Below are positions 9,359 through 17,455 of a DNA stretch of 32,000 nt, piece after piece. The notes under the pieces were generated by a model, which searched no databases, had not been told where the DNA came from, and saw only the letters and a program-made list of their open reading frames with translations. Position numbers and translations under genes: made by a program. The stretch's first letter is position 1, and each line of letters opens with the position of its first letter. The stretch is from assembly GCA_937967325.1 (NCBI GenBank), contig CALBSQ010000213.1, positions 18,634-50,633 on the forward strand, written 5' to 3'. The DNA comes from an uncultured Chloroflexota bacterium. GTDB taxonomy: Bacteria > Chloroflexota > UBA4733.

Positions 9359-10173
9359 AGATGAAGATCACCGACATCAAGGCGACGAATCTCGATATCC
9401 CGTACGAGGCTCCCTACCGGCCGGCCTGGCAGCCGGGGCTGGTGCGGAACTCCCGTGATTTCACCTTCGTTCGCGTCTACACGGACGCCGGAATTGTCGG
9501 GTATGCCGGGACTGACGGTCAGCACGCCGGGACGATCGCGCGAAGCGTTGCCCCGTACCTGATCGGGCAGGACGCCTTCGCTACCGAGCAACACGCCCGC
9601 GTGTTGCGCCACGCTGGTGGCATGTGGTGCGTGGACCTGGCCCTTTGGGACATCATCGGCAAGGCCGCTGGGCTGCCACTGTATCAACTGTGGGGAGCGG
9701 CGCGGGACAAGGTGCAGGCCTACGCCAGTGCCGCCGAGCTCGGGACGCCGGAGAATCGCGCCGAACTGGCTGTCCGCTATCGCGCCGAGGGATTCCGCGC
9801 CATGAAGCTCCGCTTCCATCAGGATCAGATGAAGGACGACCTGGCGCTATTCGATCGGGTCCACGCGGCGGCTCCGGACCTGACGATCATGATCGACGCC
9901 AATCAGGCCACCACCTTGCCGTCGCCGGAGCCCGGACCCATCTGGGACTACCAACGCGCCTTGCAGACGGCCCGCGAGCTCGAGCAGCGCGGCGCGTACT
10001 GGCTGGAGATGATGTACGAGCCGCCGACGCGCACCATCGAGGTCTACCAGCAACTGGGCGGCATCCTGGAAAGCACCCTCTGGATCGACGAGGACGGCTT
10101 TGTGCGGCCACCGGCGGGGCCGGGCCTCGGCGTCAGTGTGAATGAGGAGCGCATTGCGCGGTTCGCGGTTTAG
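9355..10173 (+). CDS. Mandelate racemase/muconate lactonizing enzyme (enolase superfamily) protein, apparently internally truncated
   Basis: GTG 9355 lies 7 nt after AGGAGGA and overlaps the upstream stop (GTGA). The capping domain and the early barrel motifs are present (FRAMKLRF, IMIDANQA, YWLE). The sequence then jumps straight to the C-terminal tail ...GFVRPPAGPGLGVSVNEERI. At 272 aa it is about 100 aa shorter than typical family members as I recall them. Confidence 0.6.
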   Translation: MKMKITDIKATNLDIPYEAPYRPAWQPGLVRNSRDFTFVRVYTDAGIVGYAGTDGQHAGTIARSVAPYLIGQDAFATEQHARVLRHAGGMWCVDLALWDIIGKAAGLPLYQLWGAARDKVQAYASAAELGTPENRAELAVRYRAEGFRAMKLRFHQDQMKDDLALFDRVHAAAPDLTIMIDANQATTLPSPEPGPIWDYQRALQTARELEQRGAYWLEMMYEPPTRTIEVYQQLGGILESTLWIDEDGFVRPPAGPGLGVSVNEERIARFAV

Positions 10174-10189
10174 AACCTCTAGCCGGGAA

Positions 10190-10443
10190 CCTCCATCCGG
10201 CGGCCTGAGAGCCCGGGTACCCCCTGGGTGCTTTCCCCTAAAGAGGGAAAGGACCATGCATCGGAAACGCTCAGGTGAGAAACGGGTGCTCCGCATGGGA
10301 TTGTTAGGAGGGATCTCCTGGTACTCGCCTTGCCGCCACGGATGCCGCCTCCCGCGCGAAAGACATCGGCAGGTGAACATCCTTTCCCTCTTTACGGGAA
10401 AGGGCCCAGAGGGCGCCCCGCGTCTCAGCGCGCCGGATAGAGG
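10190..10443. repeat. 254-bp element with 63-bp imperfect terminal inverted repeats (MITE-like or giant intergenic hairpin)
   Basis: Arm 10190-10252 matches the reverse complement of arm 10381-10443 at 51 of 63 positions by hand alignment. The innermost 13 bp are identical (TAAAGAGGGAAAGG core). The spacer is 128 bp. The right arm overlaps the last codons and stop of the ABC ATPase gene. Confidence 0.6.
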
Positions 10444-11495
10444 TTCGTCCCCACCAACACTCCATCCTGATAGACCTGATAGCGCCGGAACTCCAGCGCC
10501 ACCGGCGTACCCGGCTCGAGTGCCGCCTCGCGCGGGACGGTCGCCCTGATGCCGGTCACCTGGCCGGCATCGACGGTGAGAAGCTTGTGGGCGCCCAGGT
10601 TGGTGCTGCGCTGCACCACGCCGCGGAAATGGTCGGAGGCGCCGCCGTCGACGACGTGGGCGTCCTCTGGGCGAATCGCCACGGTCACCGGTCTGCCGTC
10701 CGCAATGCGAGCCGCCGGTGGAAGCGATAGCGAGAGCTCACCAAGGAGAACTTGACCATCCCGCACCGTTCCCTCCAGCAGATTCATGCTGCCGATGAAT
10801 CCGGCAACGAACAGCGTGGAGGGATAGGCGTAGAGCTCATCGGGACTGGCAAGCTGCTCGAGATGCCCCGCGTTCATCACGCCGATTCGATCGGCGATTG
10901 CCAAAGCCTCTTCCTGGTCGTGCGTGACGAAGACGGTGGTGATGCCGACGCGCTGCTGGATGTTGCGTACTTCCTCACGCATGCGCACCCGCAACTGGGC
11001 GTCAAGGTTGGACAGCGGCTCATCCAACAGGAGCAGCCGCGGCTGCAAGACGAGCGCGCGGGCCAGCGCGACGCGTTGCTGCTCCCCGCCGGAGAGCTGG
11101 TGTGGGTAGCGCCTGGCCTTCCCCGGCAAGCCCACGAGCTGGAGCGCATCGTCGACCGTCTTCCCGATCTGTGCCCGCCTCATCCGGCGGAGCTGCAGCC
11201 CGAAGGCGATGTTGTCGTACACGGTCATGTGCGGCCACAGGGCGTGTCGCTGGAAGACCATAGCCGTCGGACGTCGCTCCGGCGGCAGGTGGACGATGCT
11301 CTGGCCGTCGATCCGAATGTCGCCGTCGTCCGGCTCGATGAACCCACCGATCATGCGTAGCGTCGTCGTCTTCCCGCATCCGGACGGGCCGAGGAGACAT
11401 AACAACTCGCCGTCACCCAGCTCGAAGGACACGTCATTTACCGCGGTGGTTTGGCCGTAGCGGCGAGTGACGTTGGATAAGGTCAGTCGCGCCAT
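10425..11495 (-). CDS. ABC transporter ATP-binding protein (PotA/MalK-type importer ATPase)
   Basis: Walker A is GPSGCGKTT, the signature is LSGGEQQRVALARAL, and Walker B is LLLLDEPLSNLD. A C-terminal TOBE-like regulatory domain is present. Confidence 0.9.
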   Translation of the reverse strand: MARLTLSNVTRRYGQTTAVNDVSFELGDGELLCLLGPSGCGKTTTLRMIGGFIEPDDGDIRIDGQSIVHLPPERRPTAMVFQRHALWPHMTVYDNIAFGLQLRRMRRAQIGKTVDDALQLVGLPGKARRYPHQLSGGEQQRVALARALVLQPRLLLLDEPLSNLDAQLRVRMREEVRNIQQRVGITTVFVTHDQEEALAIADRIGVMNAGHLEQLASPDELYAYPSTLFVAGFIGSMNLLEGTVRDGQVLLGELSLSLPPAARIADGRPVTVAIRPEDAHVVDGGASDHFRGVVQRSTNLGAHKLLTVDAGQVTGIRATVPREAALEPGTPVALEFRRYQVYQDGVLVGTNLYPAR

Positions 11496-11526
11496 GGCTC
11501 GCTCCGCTCGTGGGGCACGCGGCGAT

Positions 11527-11676
11527 GAGGCGAGGGGGCGATGAGGCGAGGGGGCGACCGGGGACGGAGCGGACGGAAGCGCGACGGCTCGATCTCCCAG
11601 TCAGGCAGGCCGGACTTCGCTTCCCCGATTCGCCCCTGCGCCGAGTCGCCCCCTCGCCTCATCGCCCCCTCGCCTC
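11527..11676. repeat. Intra-operon hairpin element: perfect 32-bp inverted repeat flanking an 86-nt core
   Basis: GAGGCGAGGGGGCGATGAGGCGAGGGGGCGAC (11527-11558) is exactly complementary to 11645-11676. Each arm is itself an internal tandem repeat. The element sits between the permease stop (TAG 11676-11678) and the ATPase start (11495). Confidence 0.8.
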
Positions 11677-12506
11677 TACCGGACCCGGAACCCGGCGGCC
11701 AGGTAGCCGGCCATGAGATAACGTCGTGCCGCCAACAGCAGGATGAGCGAAGGCAGTGACAAGAGGATAGAGAAGACGGCCCCTACCGGTTGTGGGTAGT
11801 TGGCCACCAGCACGTACATGATGACCGGCATGGTGATGTGCGTCGGCGTGCCGACGACGAGGGTGCCTTGCGCTTCGTCCAGCGAGGCGAGGAAGGCGAG
11901 GATGGCGGCGACGACGATGCCGGGCATGGCCAGTGGCAGGGTGACCTTCCAGAACACCATTAAGCTGCGCGCGCCGACATCGCGCGCCGCCTCTTCCAGC
12001 TCGCCGGGCACCGCATTGAAGGCGGCGGTGGGGATCCAGGTCATGAAGACGAGGGTGTTTATCATCTGGATGAGGACCACGCCGAGGAACGTATCGATCA
12101 GGTTGAGCCGGTAGTAGAGCGCGGCGATGCTGATGTAGAGGCCGATCTTGGGAAAGGCGTTGACGGCGAGCATGGAAACGAAGAGCGGCCGGCGTAGGGG
12201 GAAGCGGAAGCGGGAGAAGGCGTAGGCCGCCGGCAGGCAAACGACCGCCGAGGCCAAGGTGACGACTGGCGCGAACTCGAAGCTGAGCTTGATCGCGTTG
12301 CCGAGGTCGTTGTTCTGGAAGACCCACTGCCACCAGTGGAAGCCGAACTGCTGGGGGAGCACGGCCGGGTACTGCCACTGGTTGGCGAAAGCCCACAGCA
12401 GCAGGGTGAACAGCGGCAGCAGGAGGAAGCAGCTCAGGGCGCCCACCAACACCAGCGCCAGCGCCTGGCGCATCGCGCCGACGCGGAGGAACCAGGTGTA
12501 GCTCAT
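11676..12506 (-). CDS. ABC transporter permease (PotC-like)
   Basis: 276-aa multi-pass membrane protein with a binding-protein-dependent transport motif region (EEAARDVGARSLMVFWKVTLPLAMPG). It overlaps the upstream permease gene by 4 nt. Confidence 0.9.
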   Translation of the reverse strand: MSYTWFLRVGAMRQALALVLVGALSCFLLLPLFTLLLWAFANQWQYPAVLPQQFGFHWWQWVFQNNDLGNAIKLSFEFAPVVTLASAVVCLPAAYAFSRFRFPLRRPLFVSMLAVNAFPKIGLYISIAALYYRLNLIDTFLGVVLIQMINTLVFMTWIPTAAFNAVPGELEEAARDVGARSLMVFWKVTLPLAMPGIVVAAILAFLASLDEAQGTLVVGTPTHITMPVIMYVLVANYPQPVGAVFSILLSLPSLILLLAARRYLMAGYLAAGFRVR

Positions 12507-13486
12507 ACGGCGCTGCGCTCCGTGCGCGAGGTACCCCAGACGTACACCGCGCCGGCGAACGCGGCCAGGATGAACGTCATGACGGCCATCGCCACGGCCG
12601 GTTGCGGCCGCTGATAGGCGCCGTTGTAGGCGGTCATGGCCACGCCGAGCATCTGCGGGGCGTTGGGACCGAGCAGGTAGGGGATGGTATAGCTGCCGAG
12701 CACGCCGATGAAGGTGAAGGTGCCGACAATGAGCAACGGGACGGTGACGAGCGGCGTGACGATGCGCCAGAGCAAGCTGACGAAGGAAGCCCCGACGTCC
12801 TGCGCGGCCTCGATCAGCTCCGGCGCCACACCGTCCAGACCGGAGCCGATCAGGAGGACGGCGAAGGGGATATTGACCCAGAGCTGGCCGAGGACGATGC
12901 CGGTGGGCGAATAGATGGGCGACTGATAGCCGTGAATCCCAAGGCGCTCCAGGATGATCTGGAGGAAGCCGTTGGTCACGTAGAACTCGATCAAGGCATA
13001 GGAGGCAATGACCACCGGGATGAACATGGGGACCAGGTAGAGCATGCGCACGATGGCGGGCAGCCGGCCTTGGCCGAAGCGGACGTAGAGGGCGAGGAGG
13101 TAGCTGACGATCAGCACCAGCGCGACCGACGCCACCGTGACGAGGAGCGTGAGCAGCAAGTCTGCCTGGATAAAGGTCGAAGCGAGCAGCCGCTCGTAAA
13201 CGATGAACGTTGGGCTGGCGCTGGAGACCAGATCGACGTCGGCCTTGAACACCACATTGTCGGCCGGCACCTGTCCGACGGAATAGAGCGCTGCCTGCAC
13301 GGTGGGCACGACGATCAGCAACAGCATCAGCAGGAATGGCGGCGACGCCAGCAGCAGCCCGATCAGGCCGTGACGCCAGCGCGGTGGACGGCGGCGCACC
13401 GGAGCCAATCGCCCGGGCGGTCCAGCGAGCGCCGCGCCCGGCGCTACGACTTCGGTTGCGGTGTTCCCGCGACCTTCTCGTACCAC
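12503..13486 (-). CDS. ABC transporter permease (PotB-like)
   Basis: 327-aa multi-pass membrane protein with an EAA-loop-like segment (IEAAQDVGASFVSLLWRIVTPL). Confidence 0.9.
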   Translation of the reverse strand: MVREGRGNTATEVVAPGAALAGPPGRLAPVRRRPPRWRHGLIGLLLASPPFLLMLLLIVVPTVQAALYSVGQVPADNVVFKADVDLVSSASPTFIVYERLLASTFIQADLLLTLLVTVASVALVLIVSYLLALYVRFGQGRLPAIVRMLYLVPMFIPVVIASYALIEFYVTNGFLQIILERLGIHGYQSPIYSPTGIVLGQLWVNIPFAVLLIGSGLDGVAPELIEAAQDVGASFVSLLWRIVTPLVTVPLLIVGTFTFIGVLGSYTIPYLLGPNAPQMLGVAMTAYNGAYQRPQPAVAMAVMTFILAAFAGAVYVWGTSRTERSAV

Positions 13487-14838
13487 AGCTTATTCTTATC
13501 AGCGCTGAACTTGGAGCTGAAGTTGAAGGTATCGAAGCTCTTGGCGACCTCGGCGAACTTCTGCTGCACCTCCGGCGGCATGTATTGCCACTGCACGCCG
13601 GGGTAGCCGTTGATCTTGTCGATGATCACCGACTGCTGGGCCGGCTCCAGCACCCAGTTGAGGAACTGATAGGCCTGGTCCTTGTGCTGGGAGCCGGTGG
13701 GGATGCCGAGATAGGAGGCGCCGCCGCTGAAAGCGGGATTGAGCTGCTCCAGCTTGACGGTGTCGGGCAGCAGCTTCTGCGCCAGGTAGCTCAGACCCTG
13801 ATCCGACCAGACGGGGGCGAGGTAGATGGTCTGCTTGCCGAGCTCCTGGAGCACCTGAACGTTTCCGCCGGGATAGAAGCCGTTGTTGAAGATGGAGGGA
13901 GCGAGACTCTTCAGGAGCGCGAAGCCCTGGTCCCAGGAGGATTCGAGCGTTGCATTGTATTTGCTGTCGGTTTGGAAGGCGTCAAGCTGGTCTTGCGGGA
14001 TGAACTTCTTGAGCGTCGCCTTGACGAAGGCGTCGCCGGAGCCGCCCTTGTCCGGCGGGTTATAGGTGAACTTGCCCTTGTTCGCCTTGACCCAGTCGTA
14101 GGTGGCGTCGAGCGTTGTGGGTGGGGCAGTGACGAACTGGCTGTTGTAGGCCAGGACAACGGAAGAGGCGCGGTAGGGCTCGCCGAATCCGTCGCGCTGC
14201 TTTATGACGTTGGGGTCGCACTTGGCCAGGTTCGGCAGCTTGGTCGCATCCAGCTTGTCGAACAGCCCTTGCTGCCCTCCGGTCTGCACCTCGTCGCCCT
14301 CGTAGAGGTCGATGTCGGTCGGCTTTCCGGCCGCCTTCGCGCCGGCTAGCTTGTCGATAGTGGCGCTGTTGTCCGTGCCGTGCTCGGAGAAGATCAGGTT
14401 GATCTTCATCGTCGGGTTCGCGGCGTTCCAAGTGGGAAGCAGGTTGGTGTTCCAAAGGTCGTGGATGTTGGTATCGCCGTTGGAGTAGAAATTCACCGTC
14501 ACGGGGCCGCCGGCCTTCGCTGGGGCCGATGTGGCGGCAGCGGCCTTCGCTGGGGCCGACGTGGCGGCAGCGGCGCTCACCTTGGCGCTCGCCGCCGTCG
14601 CGGCAGAGCCGGCGGTTGACGGCGCAGACGCGCTGGCAGATGCGGCGCTGGACGCCGGAGCGCTGCTGGAAACGGCAGCCGCCGTTGTCGCTGCCGGTTG
14701 AGACGCCGCTCCCGACGCCGATGACGAGGCAGTGGCGGCGGCGCCGCCGCCACAGGCGGCAAGCAACGCAAGAGCGCCGGCGCTCGCCGTTGTGCTCGCG
14801 AGCTGGTGCAAGAAGCGCCGTCTCGTCGATGGGGTCAT
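13444..14838 (-). CDS. ABC transporter substrate-binding lipoprotein (family-1 extracellular solute-binding protein) with a long Ala/Ser-rich linker
   Basis: It has a Tat-like RRRF, the lipobox LLAAC, then roughly 85 aa of A/S/T-rich low complexity before the globular domain (VTVNFYSNGDTNIHDLW...). The SD GGAGAGGA lies upstream of the ATG. Confidence 0.9.
   Translation of the reverse strand: MTPSTRRRFLHQLASTTASAGALALLAACGGGAAATASSSASGAASQPAATTAAAVSSSAPASSAASASASAPSTAGSAATAASAKVSAAAATSAPAKAAAATSAPAKAGGPVTVNFYSNGDTNIHDLWNTNLLPTWNAANPTMKINLIFSEHGTDNSATIDKLAGAKAAGKPTDIDLYEGDEVQTGGQQGLFDKLDATKLPNLAKCDPNVIKQRDGFGEPYRASSVVLAYNSQFVTAPPTTLDATYDWVKANKGKFTYNPPDKGGSGDAFVKATLKKFIPQDQLDAFQTDSKYNATLESSWDQGFALLKSLAPSIFNNGFYPGGNVQVLQELGKQTIYLAPVWSDQGLSYLAQKLLPDTVKLEQLNPAFSGGASYLGIPTGSQHKDQAYQFLNWVLEPAQQSVIIDKINGYPGVQWQYMPPEVQQKFAEVAKSFDTFNFSSKFSADKNKLWYEKVAGTPQPKS
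14511..14570. repeat. 30-bp tandem duplication inside the binding-protein linker
   Basis: Copies at 14511-14540 and 14541-14570 differ at one base. They encode the repeated AAATSAPAKA segment. Confidence 0.85.
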
Positions 14839-15012
14839 TCAATCGTCCTCTCCTGGACCTATCGCAGCCATTAGTCATCGAGCACCGGCACACCCGCCCG
14901 GCGCTGCAGCGTACGACAATGAAGGATGCAGCATCAATATTAAACAGATGGCGCCGCGCCGTCAAGCCTTCGTCGAAACACGGGTGCGCCATGCCGGCTG
15001 GTAGGCTGCCGC

Positions 15013-16017
15013 TCAGGGCGCCACAGCGACGCGCCTACCAGTCGCGGCAGCTTGCTTCGCCGCGAGGGCGATGGCCAGCGCGCGGATGCCGTCCTCAGCG
15101 GTGACGGCCGGCGGCTGGTCGCCGAGCATCCGGCGTGCCCAGTCGCGCAGCTCCAGCTCGTAGGCGGCAGCGAAGCGCTCCAGGTAGCCGCCGACAAAGT
15201 CCACCGTCACGCCGTCGGGCCGGAGCAGTGAGAACGGCCGGTCCTGCCCTTGTCCGACCTGGATCGTTCCTTCGCTGCCGACCACTTCGGTGCGTATGTC
15301 GTAACCATACCGGGCCTGGGTATACACTTCGACGGCGCCCGCGGTCCCTCGCTTGAAACGCAGGTTGACCAGGCCGGTATCCGGATCGTTCGCCGGCCCG
15401 GTCGCGTCGGACAGGGAGGCGGTAAGCGCCGAGACCTCGCTCACCTCATCGGCCATCAGCCAGCGCGCCAGGTCGAAATCATGGACGGCCGAGTCGACGA
15501 AGATGCCACCGCTGCTGGGCGCGCCGGGCGCCGACGGCGGGCCGGGATCGCGGTCGCGGGCGATGGCCTTGAAGATGAGCGGCCTGCCGATACGGCCGGC
15601 GTCGATGGCCTGTTTGGCCGCCGCGTAGCCGCGATCGTAGCGACGCATGAAGCCGACTTGCAACCGGATGTGCGCCGCCTCCGCGGCATGCAGGGCGCGC
15701 TGGGCATCTTCAATAGACAGGGTGATGGGCTTCTCGCACAGCACGTCGCGACGACGCCCCGCTGCCAGCTCGATGAGGTCCGCGTGCGTTCCGGCCGAGG
15801 TGGCGATAATGGCGGCTTGGCAGTCGGGATGGCCCAGCGCCGCGTCCGGATCGGTGGTCCAAAAGGGGCATCCCAACTCATCGGCCACGGAGCGGGCCGT
15901 GTCCGGTCTGGCGTCGGCGACGGCAACCAGGCGGAGCTCGGGGAATTTCCGGACATTCTCGGCGTGCCGGCGTCCCATGCTTCCCACGCCGACCACGGCT
16001 ACGCCCAGTCTCGCCAC
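15013..16017 (-). CDS. Gfo/Idh/MocA-family NAD(P)-dependent oxidoreductase
   Basis: The N-terminal Rossmann motif is GVAVVGVGSMGRRHAENV, followed by the family motif EKP (LCEKPITL) and a C-terminal alpha/beta domain. Confidence 0.9.
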   Translation of the reverse strand: MARLGVAVVGVGSMGRRHAENVRKFPELRLVAVADARPDTARSVADELGCPFWTTDPDAALGHPDCQAAIIATSAGTHADLIELAAGRRRDVLCEKPITLSIEDAQRALHAAEAAHIRLQVGFMRRYDRGYAAAKQAIDAGRIGRPLIFKAIARDRDPGPPSAPGAPSSGGIFVDSAVHDFDLARWLMADEVSEVSALTASLSDATGPANDPDTGLVNLRFKRGTAGAVEVYTQARYGYDIRTEVVGSEGTIQVGQGQDRPFSLLRPDGVTVDFVGGYLERFAAAYELELRDWARRMLGDQPPAVTAEDGIRALAIALAAKQAAATGRRVAVAP

Positions 16018-16090
16018 GCTGCCAGCATCCTTCCAGGGCGCCTCGGCGTCTGCCGCGCCGCGCGGCCGGCGAGATGCCCCGGATAGCGTA

Positions 16091-16768
16091 TCAGACCGTG
16101 CGGATCACCGAAATGACGCGCCCCTGGATGCGCAGGTCGCCCGGCTCCACATAGATCGGCTTCATCTCCGGGTTGCTCGGCTGCAGGCGGACGCGACTGC
16201 CTTCACGGTAGAACCGCTTGAGCGTCGCCTCGCTCTCATGGCCCGGACCCGTGACGGTTGCGACGATACACTCGCCATTGATGGCGGTCTCGCTCTTCTG
16301 GACGATCACATAGTCCCCGTCGTCGATCAGGTCGCCGATCATCGACTTGCCCTTGACGCGCAGCGCAAAGACATCCTCACGAGCGAAGGCGGCGGAAAGG
16401 TCGAGCATGTCGTCATACTGCCGGCTGATCTCCAGCGGAATACCCGCCGCGATCTTGCCGAAGACCGGCACGCGCAGCGGTCCGAAGGAGGGAGACGGCG
16501 CTACCTCCGCGTCTTCGCCGGTGGAGATGCCCAGTACCTCCAGGGCCTTGGGGAGCAATCGCAGCGCCCGACTCTTGCGGGCGTCGCGCTCCAGGAAGCC
16601 CTTCTTCTCCAGTTGGGCGAGGTGGTAGTCGACGTGACCGGTCGAGTGGATGCCGACCTCCTGGCCGATCTCGCGGTTGGTGGGTGGCATCTCGTGCTCG
16701 CGGGCAAAGTTGGCGATGCACAGCAGGATGCGTCGTTGCACGTCGCTCAATTCGTGCCGCATCGGCAT
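16091..16768 (-). CDS. lexA: LexA repressor (SOS regulator, S24 autopeptidase)
   Basis: The N-terminal wHTH is REIGQEVGIHSTGHVDYHLAQLEKKGFLER. It has a VFGKIAAG cleavage region, the Ser nucleophile in VKGKSMIGDLI, and the catalytic Lys in ATLKRF. Confidence 0.95.
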   Translation of the reverse strand: MPMRHELSDVQRRILLCIANFAREHEMPPTNREIGQEVGIHSTGHVDYHLAQLEKKGFLERDARKSRALRLLPKALEVLGISTGEDAEVAPSPSFGPLRVPVFGKIAAGIPLEISRQYDDMLDLSAAFAREDVFALRVKGKSMIGDLIDDGDYVIVQKSETAINGECIVATVTGPGHESEATLKRFYREGSRVRLQPSNPEMKPIYVEPGDLRIQGRVISVIRTV

Positions 16769-16813
16769 ACTCCTTACTATCGGTGTACGGGAATCAGCAT
16801 CGCCGTTCCCCGT

Positions 16814-16827
16814 AGAACGTGCGTTCT
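16814..16827. promoter_or_regulatory. SOS box (LexA operator) upstream of lexA
   Basis: AGAAC-GTGC-GTTCT has perfect palindromic arms of GAAC-N4-GTTC type, 46 nt upstream of the lexA start codon. Confidence 0.7.
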
Positions 16828-16914
16828 ATCGCCATCGTACCAAAAGAATCATGCCGTTGTCAAGACCTATGGGCTATTTCTTTTGCCTGGCAGGGATCAG
16901 GAGGTATGGGCGTC

Positions 16915-17418
16915 CTATCGCCGCGCCGACGGCGGGTCGATGAACAGGATACGGATCAGGCGGGTCACCAGCAGGCCCAGCAGGAAGTAGATGACAATCG
17001 CCAGCAAGGCGGGAATCTCAAACACGAACTGCCGGAACGCCGGCGAAGCGACGACACCGACGAAGGGGCCGACAAACGGTGCCGTGAGCGTGTACATGAG
17101 CGTCGTGAAGGGGGCGCTGCCGCTGGCCCCTACCGCCTTGAGCACGAAGCGAATGGCGATGAGCGCTTCCAGCACCGCGAACAGCAGCCGGATCACCCCA
17201 TGAAGGCGCGCAGCAGCAATCGCCCGCTCGTTCGATGGGGTGTTGAAGCCGCCTGGGGTCGGGTTGACGTTGGTCGGACGACTGGGATAGACGGCGGGGG
17301 GCATCGGCTCGATCACGATGGGCTCCTCGGGTGGCGACTGCCGGATCGGCTGGTAGAGTCGAGTCTCCGCCTCGTGTCGCTCCGCGTCATCCGGTCGCTG
17401 ATCCCGCGCAAAATGCAC
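16915..17418 (-). CDS. YggT-family-like membrane protein with a Pro-rich N-terminal extension
   Basis: The C-terminal ~95 aa have two TM segments with a YggT-like pattern (IRLLFAVLEALIAIRFVLKAV...FEIPALLAIVIYFLLGLLVTRLIRIL). Confidence 0.6.
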   Translation of the reverse strand: MHFARDQRPDDAERHEAETRLYQPIRQSPPEEPIVIEPMPPAVYPSRPTNVNPTPGGFNTPSNERAIAAARLHGVIRLLFAVLEALIAIRFVLKAVGASGSAPFTTLMYTLTAPFVGPFVGVVASPAFRQFVFEIPALLAIVIYFLLGLLVTRLIRILFIDPPSARR

Positions 17419-17455
17419 CGCTCAGCCTCCTCTTCTTGCCATGCATGATACGACT

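Noticed and set aside
10142-10549. 135-aa plus-strand ORF spanning the inverted-repeat element
   Set aside because: It runs through both repeat arms and into the antisense of the ABC ATPase gene. It is Arg/Pro-rich and has no SD. The region is better explained as a non-coding repeat.
12602-16990. Long plus-strand ORFs 12602..13606, 13336..14349, 15250..16086 and 15647..16990
   Set aside because: All are antisense to well-supported minus-strand genes (ABC permease, binding protein, oxidoreductase, lexA) and have low-complexity Arg/Gly/Asp/Ala-rich translations.
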